This document shows, piece after piece, positions 1-12,492 of a stretch of DNA of 32,451 nt. Below the pieces are notes generated by a model. It was not told the origin of the DNA. It ran no database searches and saw only the letters and a list, made by a program, of their open reading frames with translations. The position numbers and the translations under genes are program-made. The stretch covers positions 8,760-41,210 of the forward strand of contig NW_008246156.1 of NCBI RefSeq assembly GCF_000281045.1. Reading direction: 5' to 3'. Origin of the DNA: Saprolegnia diclina VS20 (lineage: Eukaryota). Position 1 is the first letter of the stretch; the number at the start of each line of letters is the position of its first letter.

Positions 1-530
1 CCTCGCTTTCCGTACTCTCCAAAGCGTCCTCTACCACTGTGCCAAGTCTTGGACATTTCGTTTTCGAACGCAAAGTGGTCGATCGCGCGGCCTGGCGATG
101 CTGCATCAGATATCCGGATAATGTGGCTAATAACACGCAAGCTGTCGCGGTGCGTTCCCGCTTGCGATTTTATGGCAAACCTCGGTCAAAATACAAAATG
201 GCTCCTACGTCGTAGAGTGATTAAGTTTGCTTTGTATAGCACGGAGCACCAAGTTGCACCGTCGTGCGCGGCCTACAGCGCTCGAAACTCGTATCCAAAG
301 TGATGCCGAATTGCACTATTTGTGGCACCATGAGGAGCTTATACATGGCACATGCCATTTTCAAGAAAGGATACGATGGAAGATGACTCATTCGCAGCCT
401 TCTTGGGGAGCCCGACGACGCTCTCTTTAACGAAATACATAAATATTGTTTGCGCCCTTGTTTTGAAAAGGTCCTGTGGGCGAGCGGACAACATCTTTGA
501 GCGGCCCAAGCCGACGCAGCGGACGAGAAG

Positions 531-982
531 TCACTTGCATGATTCACCCTCAGTTACCACCAGTACGAGCATTTTGTGCGCGTACTTGGCGAATTCCCCG
601 CGTTTGGCAGCGGATGGAGCGATTCGGGACGTACAGCGATGGCGATAGGCCCTGTCGAAGCGACAATCGAGCACATACCAAAGGCAGTCGAGAGCACCGT
701 GTCGCATCATGGTGATGTGCGCTGCACCTGGCGTCCCGATGCGCTTCGGGCCAGAGGAATGTGGGAACATCAGGTCGCCACCTTCATAGGCCAACGGTAA
801 CTCGAGAAGAAGCCAGCCACACTTGTTGCGCGAGTTCGAAGGCTCAATCGTCGACCTGACGCTGTCAAGCACAAGGTGTGAGCGGCCTCGCTAGTTGATC
901 CATCGTACAGTGAGCTCCAGTCCGTGAGAAGATCCCACCCGCTGCCCTCGTCCGAGATCTCACTGTCAAAATCAAAACGCAT
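531..982 (-). pseudogene. Possible degraded 2OG-Fe(II) oxygenase-like gene remnant
   Basis: The minus-strand ORF 531-872 contains GWLLLELPLAYEGGDLMFPH and HITMMRHGALDCLWYVL. These resemble the 'TLVxxLPxxxxGGxL' and 'xITxGxRxxLxYxL' strands of 2OG-Fe(II) oxygenase-like proteins. The upstream part (to 982) is in another frame, no HxD motif is visible and codon bias is weak. Confidence 0.3.
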
Positions 983-1135
983 ATCCGGTTTCCAGATACA
1001 AGATCGCCAAGCATTCTAGCGACCTCTGGGTTCCGACTGTTCAATACTGCGCCAACGGCTTGGTCTCTAGATCCTTGCTCAGTGTCTCCTCCTCCACGGT
1101 GTACACGGTCGAGGTGGGATTGATGGTTTGTTCAT

Positions 1136-2663
1136 CTACCGGATGCCGCAGTGGGTCGAAAAGTGCGCTGTGGACCCGAACCGCGCCGGCGTGGCGCCCT
1201 TGGGCGTAAAGACGTTCCAGAACCGCAGCGTCTCGTCCGCTGCCGCCGAGACGACCGAGCCGCCGTCCGGTGAGAGCGCAATGTGCAGGACGCGTGCCGT
1301 GTGGCCCGTGAACTCGCGCAGGCGGGCCATGCGAGGGTAGCTCCAGAGACAGAGCTCGTTCTGGGAAAAGCCGTGCGACGAGAGGAGTTCGCGCTCGTAC
1401 GGGGACCAGAGCAGTCCACAAACCTGGGAGCCGGTGTGCACGCTCTGCAGCGCCATGCCCGAAGCTCCGTTCCAGAACTTGATGCAGCGATCGGCCGTGC
1501 CACCGCCCGACGCCAGCAAATGGCGCTCCCACGGACACCACGCGAGGGCCTTGACCGCAGCCGTGTGTTCCTGCAGCGTGCAGCGGGGCGACGATACGTG
1601 CATTGCTGCATCCCAGAGGCTCAAGCTAGGAGAGGTTTAGAAGCGAGCGCTCGGAAAAGACAGTACCAGTTGTCGTTGCCGCCTGACGCGAGCGTCTTGC
1701 CGTCGGGCGACCACGCTAGGCCGCAGATCTCTTGTGTGTGGCCGCACAGCGTCGAGACCGCATACGGTGTGCTTCGGAGGTCGTGGTATCGAATCTAGGA
1801 AGCCTGTGTATGGACCAGTATGTCAACCATGAAGCTACCTTGGTGTCGCGCGACCCGGACGCGAGGATCGAGGCCGACGCGTTGTGCGAGAGAGCGCCGA
1901 TGCGCTCGCCGTGGCCGTCGAGGGTGCGTATGCGCTTGGAGCCGATGATGTCCCAGATCTGGAGCTCGGCCTTGCATGTCCCGACAGCGAGCTGTCGGTC
2001 GCTTGTCCACGCGACCGACGTCACATAGTCGTTGGGCGTCGTGGTCGCCGCCTGGAGCACCTGGATGCTGCCTGTATCGACGTTGTAGAGATACACGAGC
2101 TGACCCAGAGCGACAGCGAGCACGTTCTCCGAGCCCCACGCCACGAGGTTCAAGTAGTAATCGTCGCGCAGGTCTGGCGCGTCCAAAATGCGCGTCGGAA
2201 CGGTAGGTATATGACGCCCTCCACTGTGCGACGTGTCGAGCTCGGGGTGGCGAAGGCGTGCCAGTGGCTCTGGCACCGTTCGCGGTCGCGGCCGGTAGCG
2301 CAGAAGACGTGTACCTTCCTCTGGCGACGCGACGAGGTGGGCCATGAGCATGTCGCGGTGCGTTGGCACTGGTTCCGGGCTCGCCATGACGTCCGGTTCA
2401 GCCATAAGGTACGCGCAGTAGTCCAGGTTCATGGCACCACGCAGCGGAATGAACCGGTCGGGCAGCTACGGCAATCCACTTCAGATATGCGAGTGCAGGC
2501 GCCCATGTACCTGCTTCCCGAGACGCGTCGGGCGGCGCGCTTGGCGTGTGCCATGCACCGGCGTCGGGAGGCGGAACGTCGGGCTGAGCGCGCGCCGGGG
2601 CAGCGGGACGTCGAGCGCGGTGACGGACTTGCGCCGGCGCGTCGCGTCTCGGGCTGCCACCAT
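1136..2663 (-). CDS. CDC20: Cdc20/Fizzy-family APC/C coactivator (WD40), 4 exons
   Basis: Introns at 2466-2510, 1795-1838 and 1626-1666 (GT-AG) give one continuous frame. It has the C-box DRFIPLR, a KILR-like [26 protein letters not shown]40 repeats ([50 protein letters not shown]) and a C-terminal IR tail (HCGIR*). Confidence 0.93.
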
Positions 2664-3182
2664 TGTCCCCGATTCGATATTCCATGACGGACGCAAGATT
2701 CGTCCGTTTCGGAACCGAATAGGCGATAGCCAGCCGTGGGACGTAGCTGAGAAATCCACTGGATCGCCAACGTGGCGCCCTGCGGTGCCAGCGCCAACCT
2801 GCAACTGCCGCCTGGACGCCTGCGCTCTGAAGTCACGCATCATGACGTGAACGCAAGATACGGCAGCAACATGAATGGTACAAGTCCAGGACAGAACGCC
2901 AACAACCTGCCATCGAATCTAGCTCTGGCAATCGGCTCGAGGACGGCACAAGAGCTGCGAGCTGGCCAGGACACCACAAGCCTTGTCGCACGCTGGAGTT
3001 CCAGGTCGACCGTCGTTGCCAAGACTCGCAGGTCAACTGCCTGTGCATGCAATGTCGAGTGGCGCAACGATGATGCATTGCACATCGAGGTTGGCACAGC
3101 AATGCACGCTGGGTGGGCTACCTTCGCGAGGCCGGATCGACAACGGCCACCATATAGAGCTGTATTACGGAGTACTGAGCGG

Positions 3183-3506
3183 CTAATGATGCGGCGCGCT
3201 GCTGCTGCCGAGGCCCTTGGCTTCGCGGTCCTGCTGGACAACCATGGCGTTCATGCGCGAGAACTACGTTTGAAGCCATGAGCCTATGAATGCGCAAGGA
3301 GTGTGCTTGGACCTACCTCCTTCTTGTGGTGGAGGCACTCGAGGTAGTCTTCAACGGGGGCGGCGCACGAGCCCGGAAGGTCCGCTTCGCGCTACGCAGC
3401 CATGAGCTTTGCCACGTCAGGAAGCACGTACGTTGCAGCGCTCGACCTCCTTCCAGAAGGAGTAGCACCGGTTGGCCGTGCCCTTGAACCCAAAGCCCGA
3501 CGACAT
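3183..3506 (-). CDS. NDUFS5: Complex I accessory subunit NDUFS5 (15 kDa, twin CX9C), 76 aa, 3 exons
   Basis: Exons 3506-3432, 3391-3317 and 3263-3183 splice to MSSGFGFKGTANRCYSFWKEVERCNREADLPGSCAAPVEDYLECLHHKKEFSRMNAMVVQQDREAKGLGSSSAPHH. It has twin CX9C motifs and the EDYxECLHHxKE signature of plant and fungal NDUFS5. Confidence 0.9.
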
Positions 3507-4001
3507 CTTCGACAATTCGCAATTAACGGCCAGGACGCCGTCGCCTCTCAGACATCATACTCCATTTCGCGGGTTTATCCGGACTCTATCCGGTGCGCGG
3601 TATCTTGGCATCTCAAGAGCATCATCAACGCTCAGCATCGCCCACACTGGTCGTCGCCCGCGCTCCGGATCGACGAAGCTCACGTCGTCGCCATGTCTAT
3701 AGTATACCTGGTCGCTACTAGAGCCTGCTAGCTCCTTGCGCGTGCGCCTAGCTCTGCATGGGCTCAACCTCGTAGGATCTGGCGAGGGCTCGTGCAGCAA
3801 CAATGGCCACGGACGCGGCAATAGTGGTCGCAGTAGTGTACGTCACGGGCACCGAGAACGACAACCTGCAGAGGGTAGTAGGGACGCGCAGAGACGAAGG
3901 TGTCCTAGCGCCAAGTCGAACGGGTGTGGCTGTCGCCTGTTCACATTCGTCGTGTTTTGACGTAATAAAGAAGCATTCTCTACAACTACCAAGGGGATCA
4001 T

Positions 4002-4574
4002 CTATTCCAATTCACCGACACCGCCGATCTCCGCGATCTTGGCCAGGAGTTCGTCGGCCTCGGCCTTCTTCACATCCTTCTTGAGCACGGCCGGGACGTT
4101 CTCCACAAGCTCCTTCGCTTCCTTGAGGCCGAGACCCGTGATGGCGCGGATCTCCTTGATGACCTTGATCTTGTTCTTGGCATCAAAGCTCACGAGCTTG
4201 ACGTCGAAAGCCGTCTTCTCTTCCTTGACCTCTTCCTCGACAGCCGCGCCGCCGCCGCCACCGCCCATGGCAAAGCCCATTTCCGGGATGTCAAACTTGA
4301 TCTAAGACAAGGCGCGAGCATGAGCCATGACCATACGCATGCGGTGACACGGTACCTGAACGGCCTTGGAGAGCTCGGCGATTTCGATCATGTTGAGCTC
4401 GCAGATGAGGTTGAGCGCATGCTGGACACGCGGCGAGACGTCGAGCTCGTTGTTCATCATCTGGGCCTGTTCGGCCGAGGGCTCCTTCACCTCAAGGAAG
4501 CGGGGCAGCGACGACGAGATGGAGCGACGCGCATGGCGCGAGAGCGTCGAGCGAAGGGCAACACGAGCAAGCAT
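4002..4574 (-). CDS. MRPL12: Mitochondrial ribosomal protein L7/L12 (bL12m), 2 exons
   Basis: Arg/Ser-rich presequence [17 protein letters not shown], an intron at 4302-4355, a Gly/Ala hinge, and the C-terminal domain [33 protein letters not shown]. Confidence 0.95.
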
Positions 4575-5006
4575 GGGAATTTGTTATGAAGCAACGACTG
4601 GTGAAAAACCGCCTTCCTCCCACACCCAATTGTACGACTGCGTACACCGTACGTACATTCCAGGCATACAAAGCACAAGATAAAAAGACGTACATGGCCA
4701 CAGTACATGATCAAGTATGTGTTTTCACAGTATTACGCGCCGGATCGAGGCCCGGGGTTAAAGGGTTAAACCCATTCGCCCCACTCGTCCGAGCCTCCCA
4801 TGTTGCAGCGACAATTGCAGCTATAAAGCACGACAATGTATACCAATCACTGGACGCTCCTCCGATTGATGACATCGACGCGGCGCCAAGTACGTTTAAA
4901 CACATGTGCGAAGATCGCAAAACACTTTAATGTCGATGCGCCGGGCGACAATGTCGGCCAAATTGGACGATGAGGAGTGTATCATCAAGGTTACGAGTCA
5001 AGCAGG

Positions 5007-6931
<1,925 letters not shown>

Positions 6932-7009
6932 CGCTGCTGTTTCACTGGTCTTCAAGTGAAGGTTGTGATTGGCCGAAATGCAATTGTGGACTTTGGACCA
7001 ATCCGTGCC
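6932..7009. promoter_or_regulatory. Putative bidirectional promoter (78 bp) with two opposed CCAAT boxes
   Basis: Lies between the PAP ATG (6931, minus) and the exportin-4 ATG (7010, plus). Contains GTGATTGGCCGAAA (6965-6978) and GGACCAATC (about 6995-7003). Confidence 0.6.
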
Positions 7010-10000
7010 ATGGACGTCGTCGAGCGAGCCTGCGCGGCCTTTGCCGCGAGCACGTCGTCGGCCGAGCGCCAGGCCGCGGAGGAGGTCCTCATGGCCTTCA
7101 AACAGAGCCCTAACGCGCGCGCCGACGCCCTCCACCTGCTCACGCACAGCAGCGTGCCCCTCGCCCAGTTCCACGCGCTCACAACGCTGCGCGAGCTCAG
7201 CCTCTTGGACCGCGTCTCGCCCGCCGAGCGTTCGGAGGCCATCCACTTCTTGCTGCAGCACGCCTGCAGTGCCTACGCGCAGCTGCCACCGTTCGTGGCG
7301 ACGCCGCTCCTCGTGACGACGGCCGTTTTGATGAAGCGCAACTGGCTCGCGCAGCCCGCACCCGACCGGCGCCAGCTCCTCACCAACATTGCAGGCCTGT
7401 ACCAGTCGACGGACGTGCCGCAGGCCAACCTCATTGCGACCAAGCTCCTTCTCGCGTTTGTCTCGGAGATGACGGGCGGCTCGGACAAGAAGGCGTCGGC
7501 GATGGGCCAGCCGCTGGCGTTCCACCAAGCGTGTCGCCGGGCGCTCGAGGACGACGGGCTTCGCGACATTCTGGCGCTGGCGCTCTCGCTCATCCAGCAA
7601 CCACTCGCGCCAGAGGTGCTCCACCACGCGTATCTTCTCTGCGTTGAGGTCCTCAGCTGGCACGAGATCACAAGCGACGGCCCCCAGAGCACCTCGTCGT
7701 GCTTGATCGTACTGCCCAACGACCACTGGAAGCCGCTACTTCTGCAGCCAGAGACCTTGCTGCACGCGATGCAGCAGAGCTACACACAGTACCCGAACGA
7801 AGCCAACCTCCGGCACGCGATCCGCCAGTTCATTTTGCAGCTGGCGTCGCTCTCGGGCGGCTTCTTTGCGTCGACGGCCGAGCACCTCGGATACCTCCAG
7901 AGCTTTTTTGGTCGCGCGCTCAGCCTCTTGGAGAACCACCTCGGTAGCGCGACGAAGGAAGCCGAGGTCATTGATCTGTGTCAGCTGACGCTGCGCATCT
8001 GCAGCAACTGGGGCTGCCTCAAGACAACCGAGATGGCGGCGCCTCTCATTGAAGCGAGCACGCGTCTCAGCTGCACCTTGCTGCAGCTCGCGATCGCCGA
8101 CGCGGGCGAAACGTTGACGGCGTCGGACCTCTGGGAGATGGAAGGTCTCGACGTGCTCATGGACGCGTGGAGCATCGTCATTCGACAGTGCGGTGACACG
8201 CACCCGAGCCTCCATGACGCGACCACGTCGGTCGTCTCGCTCTACTTGCAGCTGCGCCTTCGCATGTGCGGCCTCGACGCCGACGAAGACGAGCTCGACG
8301 ATATGGAAGAGCAGGTGAGCAAGACCGTCGTCGAGCAGGTCGAGCTCGTCTCGGCGCTCGCCCGGCTTCAGCCGACGCAGACCCTCACGCTCCTTCGCAC
8401 CCTCCTCGTACGCTCCGATCTCTGCGTCATTGACTCATGCTGTCGTTTTGGTTCTGGTAGACGGATGCGATTGCCGAGCGCGCGCGGTTTCCGCAGCCCG
8501 ACGTCGCCAACGCCGCGTACAGCCAGCTCCTCGAGCGGCTGCATTTCCTCGTGCTCTTTGCCGGCATCGTCCTCGCCGACGACTACCATGGCGAGACGCC
8601 CGAGATGCCCACGTGCTACGCCGGCGTCGCACCGCTCGTCACCGACGTTCTCGGGCAGCTGCTGCAACTCGTCATGGACGAGACAGCCCACGTTGAGCGC
8701 CAGCCGGCGTCGCCCGCGCTAAGCCCGTTCCTCTCGGAGCAGCTCCTCCAGACGCTCACGCGCGTGAGCATGACGTACTTCTGCCGCGACGCGACGGCGG
8801 TTGCTGCTGCGTTTCCGCCGGCGTCGGTCGTGCAAGTGCTGCTCCAGACCGCGGCCGTGTACCTCACCTCGTGGCCGTCGCAGCCGCACGTAGTGGCCAA
8901 CGTGGTCGAGAACCTATTGACGTTTCCGAGTACAACGGCCGCGGCGCACGCGCTGAGCTCGCCGCCCTTTGAGGGGCTTGTTCGTGCGGCGTTTACACCG
9001 ACCGATCCGACGCTGCGTCGCCTCCCGTCGCAAAGCCGCGGCACTGTCGTCGAAGCGCTCGTGCGCATCCTTGTCGTGTCGCCGTCGTCGGCTGGCAGTC
9101 TCAAGCCGCTCACAGCACCGTGGCTCGATGCCCTCCAGAGCCTCGCGGCGACGGCCAAGCCCAACACGGCCCACGAAGTCCAGGTCGAGCTGCTCTTGGA
9201 GATGCTCTCGGGCGTCGCGCGGGCAACCGAGAGCCGCAGTCACGGCTACATCACGCAGATCGTGCTGCCCTTCGTTCCGGTCGTTGTGCAGCTGCTCCAC
9301 ACGTACCATGGCGTCGCTGTCCTCGTCGCATTGGTGCTCAAGTTTGCGTGCGACTTTGTCGAGGCCAACCTCGCGTACGTCGAGGCAAGTGACGCGCTCT
9401 GCGTCTACAACGGGTGCCACGAACTCATTCGCGCGTACTGCCGCTACAACCAAGGCGCGTCGACGCACAGCGCCAACGCCGAGGAGGAGAACTTTGAAGA
9501 CGTGCTCATGCTGCTCACGCTGCTCAGCCACTTGGTCTCCAAGGACGTGATTGATTTTGCCGACACGACGACCTCGACTTCGGTAAACGTGTATTTTATG
9601 ATTGGAATTCACAAATTTGTGCTAGGCGACGATCGTGGCGGAAGTGGTGTTTGCGGGCCTCCACCAAGTGATTCCGCTCATGACGGCGGCCTTGCTGCAG
9701 TACCCGCGACTGAGTCTGCAGTACTTTACGCTCGTCTCGTACCTCGTCGACGTCTACCCGGAGAAGCTCTTGCTCCTCTCGCCGGCGCTTCTCGACATGC
9801 TCCTCCAGTCGCTCGTTGTCGGCATGCAGCACACGGCGCCCGAGATCGTGCGCTATAGCTTCCAGGCGGTCGGCGAGCTCGCGTCGTACCACTACAAGCA
9901 CCCGACGCCGACCGCCGGGCTCTTTGTGACCTTTGTCAACGGCATCTTCCGCATGCTCGTCTTCGAGAGCTGCGCCAGTAGCGTCCTCGATGGCTGCGCC

Positions 10001-10243
10001 GTCGCGCTCTACCCGCTGCTGCTCTTGTTGCGCGGTCAGTTTTTTCAAATCGCCACCGACTTTTGCGCGGCCAACGAGATGGGCCCCGAGCTGCGGGAGC
10101 AGGTCATGGCGGCCTTTAGCCAGCTCAGCCAGCACGTCGTCGAGGGCGACTCGGTCGGCGCCACGCGCAAGCTCCGTGCAGCGTTCAAGTCGCAGGTCTA
10201 CGCGTTCGCGGCGCATGTCCGCGGGTACATTCAGATGAAGTAG
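7010..10243 (+). CDS. XPO4: Exportin-4-like importin-beta family protein, 3 exons
   Basis: Importin-beta N-terminal helices (ERQAAEEVLMAFKQSP..AQFHALTTLRE) and a Leu-rich HEAT-like body. XPO4-type C-terminal motifs LLSHLVSKDVIDF and LLQYPRLSLQYFTLVSYLVDVYPEKL. Introns at 8408-8460 and 9583-9625 join the three ORFs. Confidence 0.85.
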
Positions 10244-10311
10244 ACGACGTTGCCGTCAACGTCAACACGAAATCTCACACTACACTTTGTTTCCATTGAC
10301 AGAGATGCATC

Positions 10312-10567
10312 TTACTTGGCCGCGTCCTTGGCCTGCTGCTGCTTCTTGGCAAGGATCTCCTTGTTCCACGCGTCGGCGTCGGTCGTCGAGAAGGACGCTT
10401 CCTTGTTCTTGTCGTAGAGGTACCAGCCCACGGCAAGGCCCGCCGCCGCCGCCCACGAGCCCACCCTAGCCAATGTGCATGAGCAACCCGTGGCAGCAGC
10501 CTCGGGCGTCGTACTTGAAGGCGCGCGACTGCCCCGTGCCCCAGATCGTCTTCAAGAGGTCTGCCAT
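10312..10567 (-). CDS. Small single-pass membrane protein of unknown function, 68 aa, 2 exons
   Basis: A GT-AG intron at 10466-10514 yields MADLLKTIWGTGQSRAFKVGSWAAAAGLAVGWYLYDKNKEASFSTTDADAWNKEILAKKQQQAKDAAK. GC3 codon bias is strong, like the neighbouring genes. Confidence 0.75.
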
Positions 10568-10645
10568 TGCTGCCGTCGGTCGCCGAAATCCAAATTCGAC
10601 GCAAAAATAAGTTTGGCGGTTGGGTGGGCCTTTTATGCACCGGGC

Positions 10646-10694
10646 TGGCCAATGGCCTTGCGTTGTTTCTTGCATTTTGGCCAATGGCCTTGCG
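10646..10694. promoter_or_regulatory. 17-bp direct repeat containing CCAAT in a divergent promoter
   Basis: TGGCCAATGGCCTTGCG occurs at 10646-10662 and 10678-10694, between divergent ATGs at 10567 and 10741. Confidence 0.6.
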
Positions 10695-10740
10695 ACGCCG
10701 AGGCCGGGGCTTTTGTGGTGGCAGTCAAGAAATCGTCAGC

Positions 10741-11015
10741 ATGGTCCGCATCGTCTGCAACAAGTTCCGCGCGTCGTCGCTCTTCGCCGCGGCCCCGAAG
10801 CTCATCAAGGGCCTCCCCGTGCATGCGTTCAAGATCGCCGAGCCGACGGTCTCGATCACCAAGGTCGCCAAGTACGTCGTTTCTACTCACGCCCCCGACC
10901 TCATTCCTCTTCTCTCACCAGGTCGGTCGCCTTCAAGCGCACGATCGCCCACGCTACGAGCGCGACCCGTGCTGTGCCCAACGTCGAGAAGGCCTTTACG
11001 CGTGCTGCCTTCTAA
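10741..11015 (+). CDS. Small basic Ala-rich protein of unknown function, 74 aa, 2 exons
   Basis: An intron at 10872-10921 (GTACGT...CCAG) yields MVRIVCNKFRASSLFAAAPKLIKGLPVHAFKIAEPTVSITKVAKSVAFKRTIAHATSATRAVPNVEKAFTRAAF. Codon usage is strongly biased. Confidence 0.72.
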
Positions 11016-11421
11016 ATGTTACCCTAGACATGGCGAGCCCTTTAACCATTCGTCCGGTCAACAAGGGCATCGTTCTACTCTTCGTGCTCGTTTTGTCGTC
11101 TAGCGCATGGTCAGCTTGGCGTGGACGACGCTGTCATGTTTCTCAAACGACGGCCATACATCATGGCTGCTGACATGCAGGTGCAATGAGCGGTCGCCCG
11201 CTGGAGCTCTCAACAAGCAGGCAGGCAGACACAAGCAATCACATATTCTAGGAAGTTGTGCCACTGGTAGCCCATTGCGTGATACACCTCTGTCACCAAC
11301 TCTACGAGGAGGCGACTGACATCTCTCGAGTCGTTGTGTACGGGTGTACTCTTTAATCGTACAAGTTGACTGTAGGACCAGGCTTCGTTAAAGACAAAAT
11401 GAGCATGTTTAGAGTTACGGG

Positions 11422-12117
11422 CTAATGCATCGACACGAATGCTGCCAAGACAGCAGATAAGAGCGCTGCGGGGCCCATGGAAATCTCAGGCGCCGCCGAC
11501 TTGCGAAGAATCGCGACGGTCGCGTTGTAGCCCTGGCAGCGAATCTTGTTGGACTCACGCTGGATCGAGTCGCGGGTCTTGACCACTTGGACAAACTCGG
11601 TGGCGAGCGCCGACAGCTTGCCTTGCTCGAGAATGCCCGTCACGTTCTCGAGAAGCAGTCGCTCGGCGAGGACGTTGTGGATGTTGCTAAAGTACTGCGG
11701 CACGGACTTTGCGAGCGTGTCGCACTGCTGGAAGAGCGGCATGGACACGCAGATGTAGTCGGTGTTGACGAGCCGCGTCTCGGTTGTGAGCCCATTCGCG
11801 CAGTCGCCGACGGGCTTGCCCCACTCCATGGCCTCCGAGAGCTTGGACCGGAGGTACGACGCTTGCGCCGGCGTCACGGATGCGTTCTTAAAGACAAGCC
11901 CCTCGAGGTACAGGTCGGCGTTGCGGCCGGCCGAGTTGACCATGTCGGTCACTTGATCATTGGCGCGGTTGCACTCGGACTGCGCCTCAAGGTCGTTGCA
12001 CGGCGTCTGGCGGTATTCGTCCTTGTCCGAAAAGTAGTAGAGCGCACAGTAGCACCGCGCGTCGCCGAGGGCCACCCAGCACGCGAGCAGCGTCACGACA
12101 AAGCGAAGCGGTGGCAT
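11422..12117 (-). CDS. Secreted Cys-rich, putatively GPI-anchored protein, paralog 1 (231 aa)
   Basis: Signal peptide ending LGDA|RCYC, conserved core CNDLEAQSECNRANDQVTDMVNSAG, 8 conserved Cys, N-glycosylation sequons, and a hydrophobic C-terminal tail. Intronless. Confidence 0.9.
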   Translation of the reverse strand: MPPLRFVVTLLACWVALGDARCYCALYYFSDKDEYRQTPCNDLEAQSECNRANDQVTDMVNSAGRNADLYLEGLVFKNASVTPAQASYLRSKLSEAMEWGKPVGDCANGLTTETRLVNTDYICVSMPLFQQCDTLAKSVPQYFSNIHNVLAERLLLENVTGILEQGKLSALATEFVQVVKTRDSIQRESNKIRCQGYNATVAILRKSAAPEISMGPAALLSAVLAAFVSMH

Positions 12118-12376
12118 TTCAAGGTGGAAGCAAAAGCTGAAATGCGCTTCGAACGACGGGATGCAAGCCGGCGGGTTGTGGCTCTACGCGTCGCTCTGTA
12201 CCAGATCTACCATCGTGAATGAACATGCAGGACGCTCATTCTGCCACGTTTGCTTGTCGTTGCTCGGAGATTCGACGCCATTGTAGTACCCAGTGTCTCG
12301 TATCTTGCACAATCAACCAGCACGCTAGGTTGGATCTATTGACAATCATAGTTGTCGCTGGACGTACGTCTCTCTG

Positions 12377-12419
12377 TACCTACACACGTAGTTGTACCTA
12401 TACCTACACGCGTAGTTGT
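12377..12419. repeat. Imperfect 24-bp tandem duplication
   Basis: TACCTACAC(A/G)CGTAGTTGT at 12377 and at 12401. Confidence 0.6.
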
Positions 12420-12492
12420 TGTCGAGTGTCATTAACCCCAACCCTAGTCTTGGTGCTTTGCCGAAAGATGGTTTTATGTGTAGGATTACAGA

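Noticed and set aside
1..530. Possible transposon remnant at the window start
   Set aside because: AT-richer and apparently non-coding, but no termini, TSD or transposase motif could be identified.
2772..3281. 169-aa plus-strand ORF
   Set aside because: Weak codon bias, no motif, and it overlaps the last NDUFS5 exon in antisense.
3548..3628. Possible C/D-box snoRNA on the minus strand (TGATGA...CTGA)
   Set aside because: No terminal stem and no recognisable rRNA guide. It lies in the NDUFS5 promoter region and is likely chance.
3556..3969. Possible short plus-strand transcript (initiator-like TCATACTCCATTTCGC, a GT..AG pair, AATAAA)
   Set aside because: No convincing spliced ORF could be built, so it is unsupported without RNA data.
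4754..4773. GGGGTTAAAGGGTTAAACCC, resembling a telomeric repeat or piggyBac end
   Set aside because: Only two short units, with no matching second terminus and no transposase.
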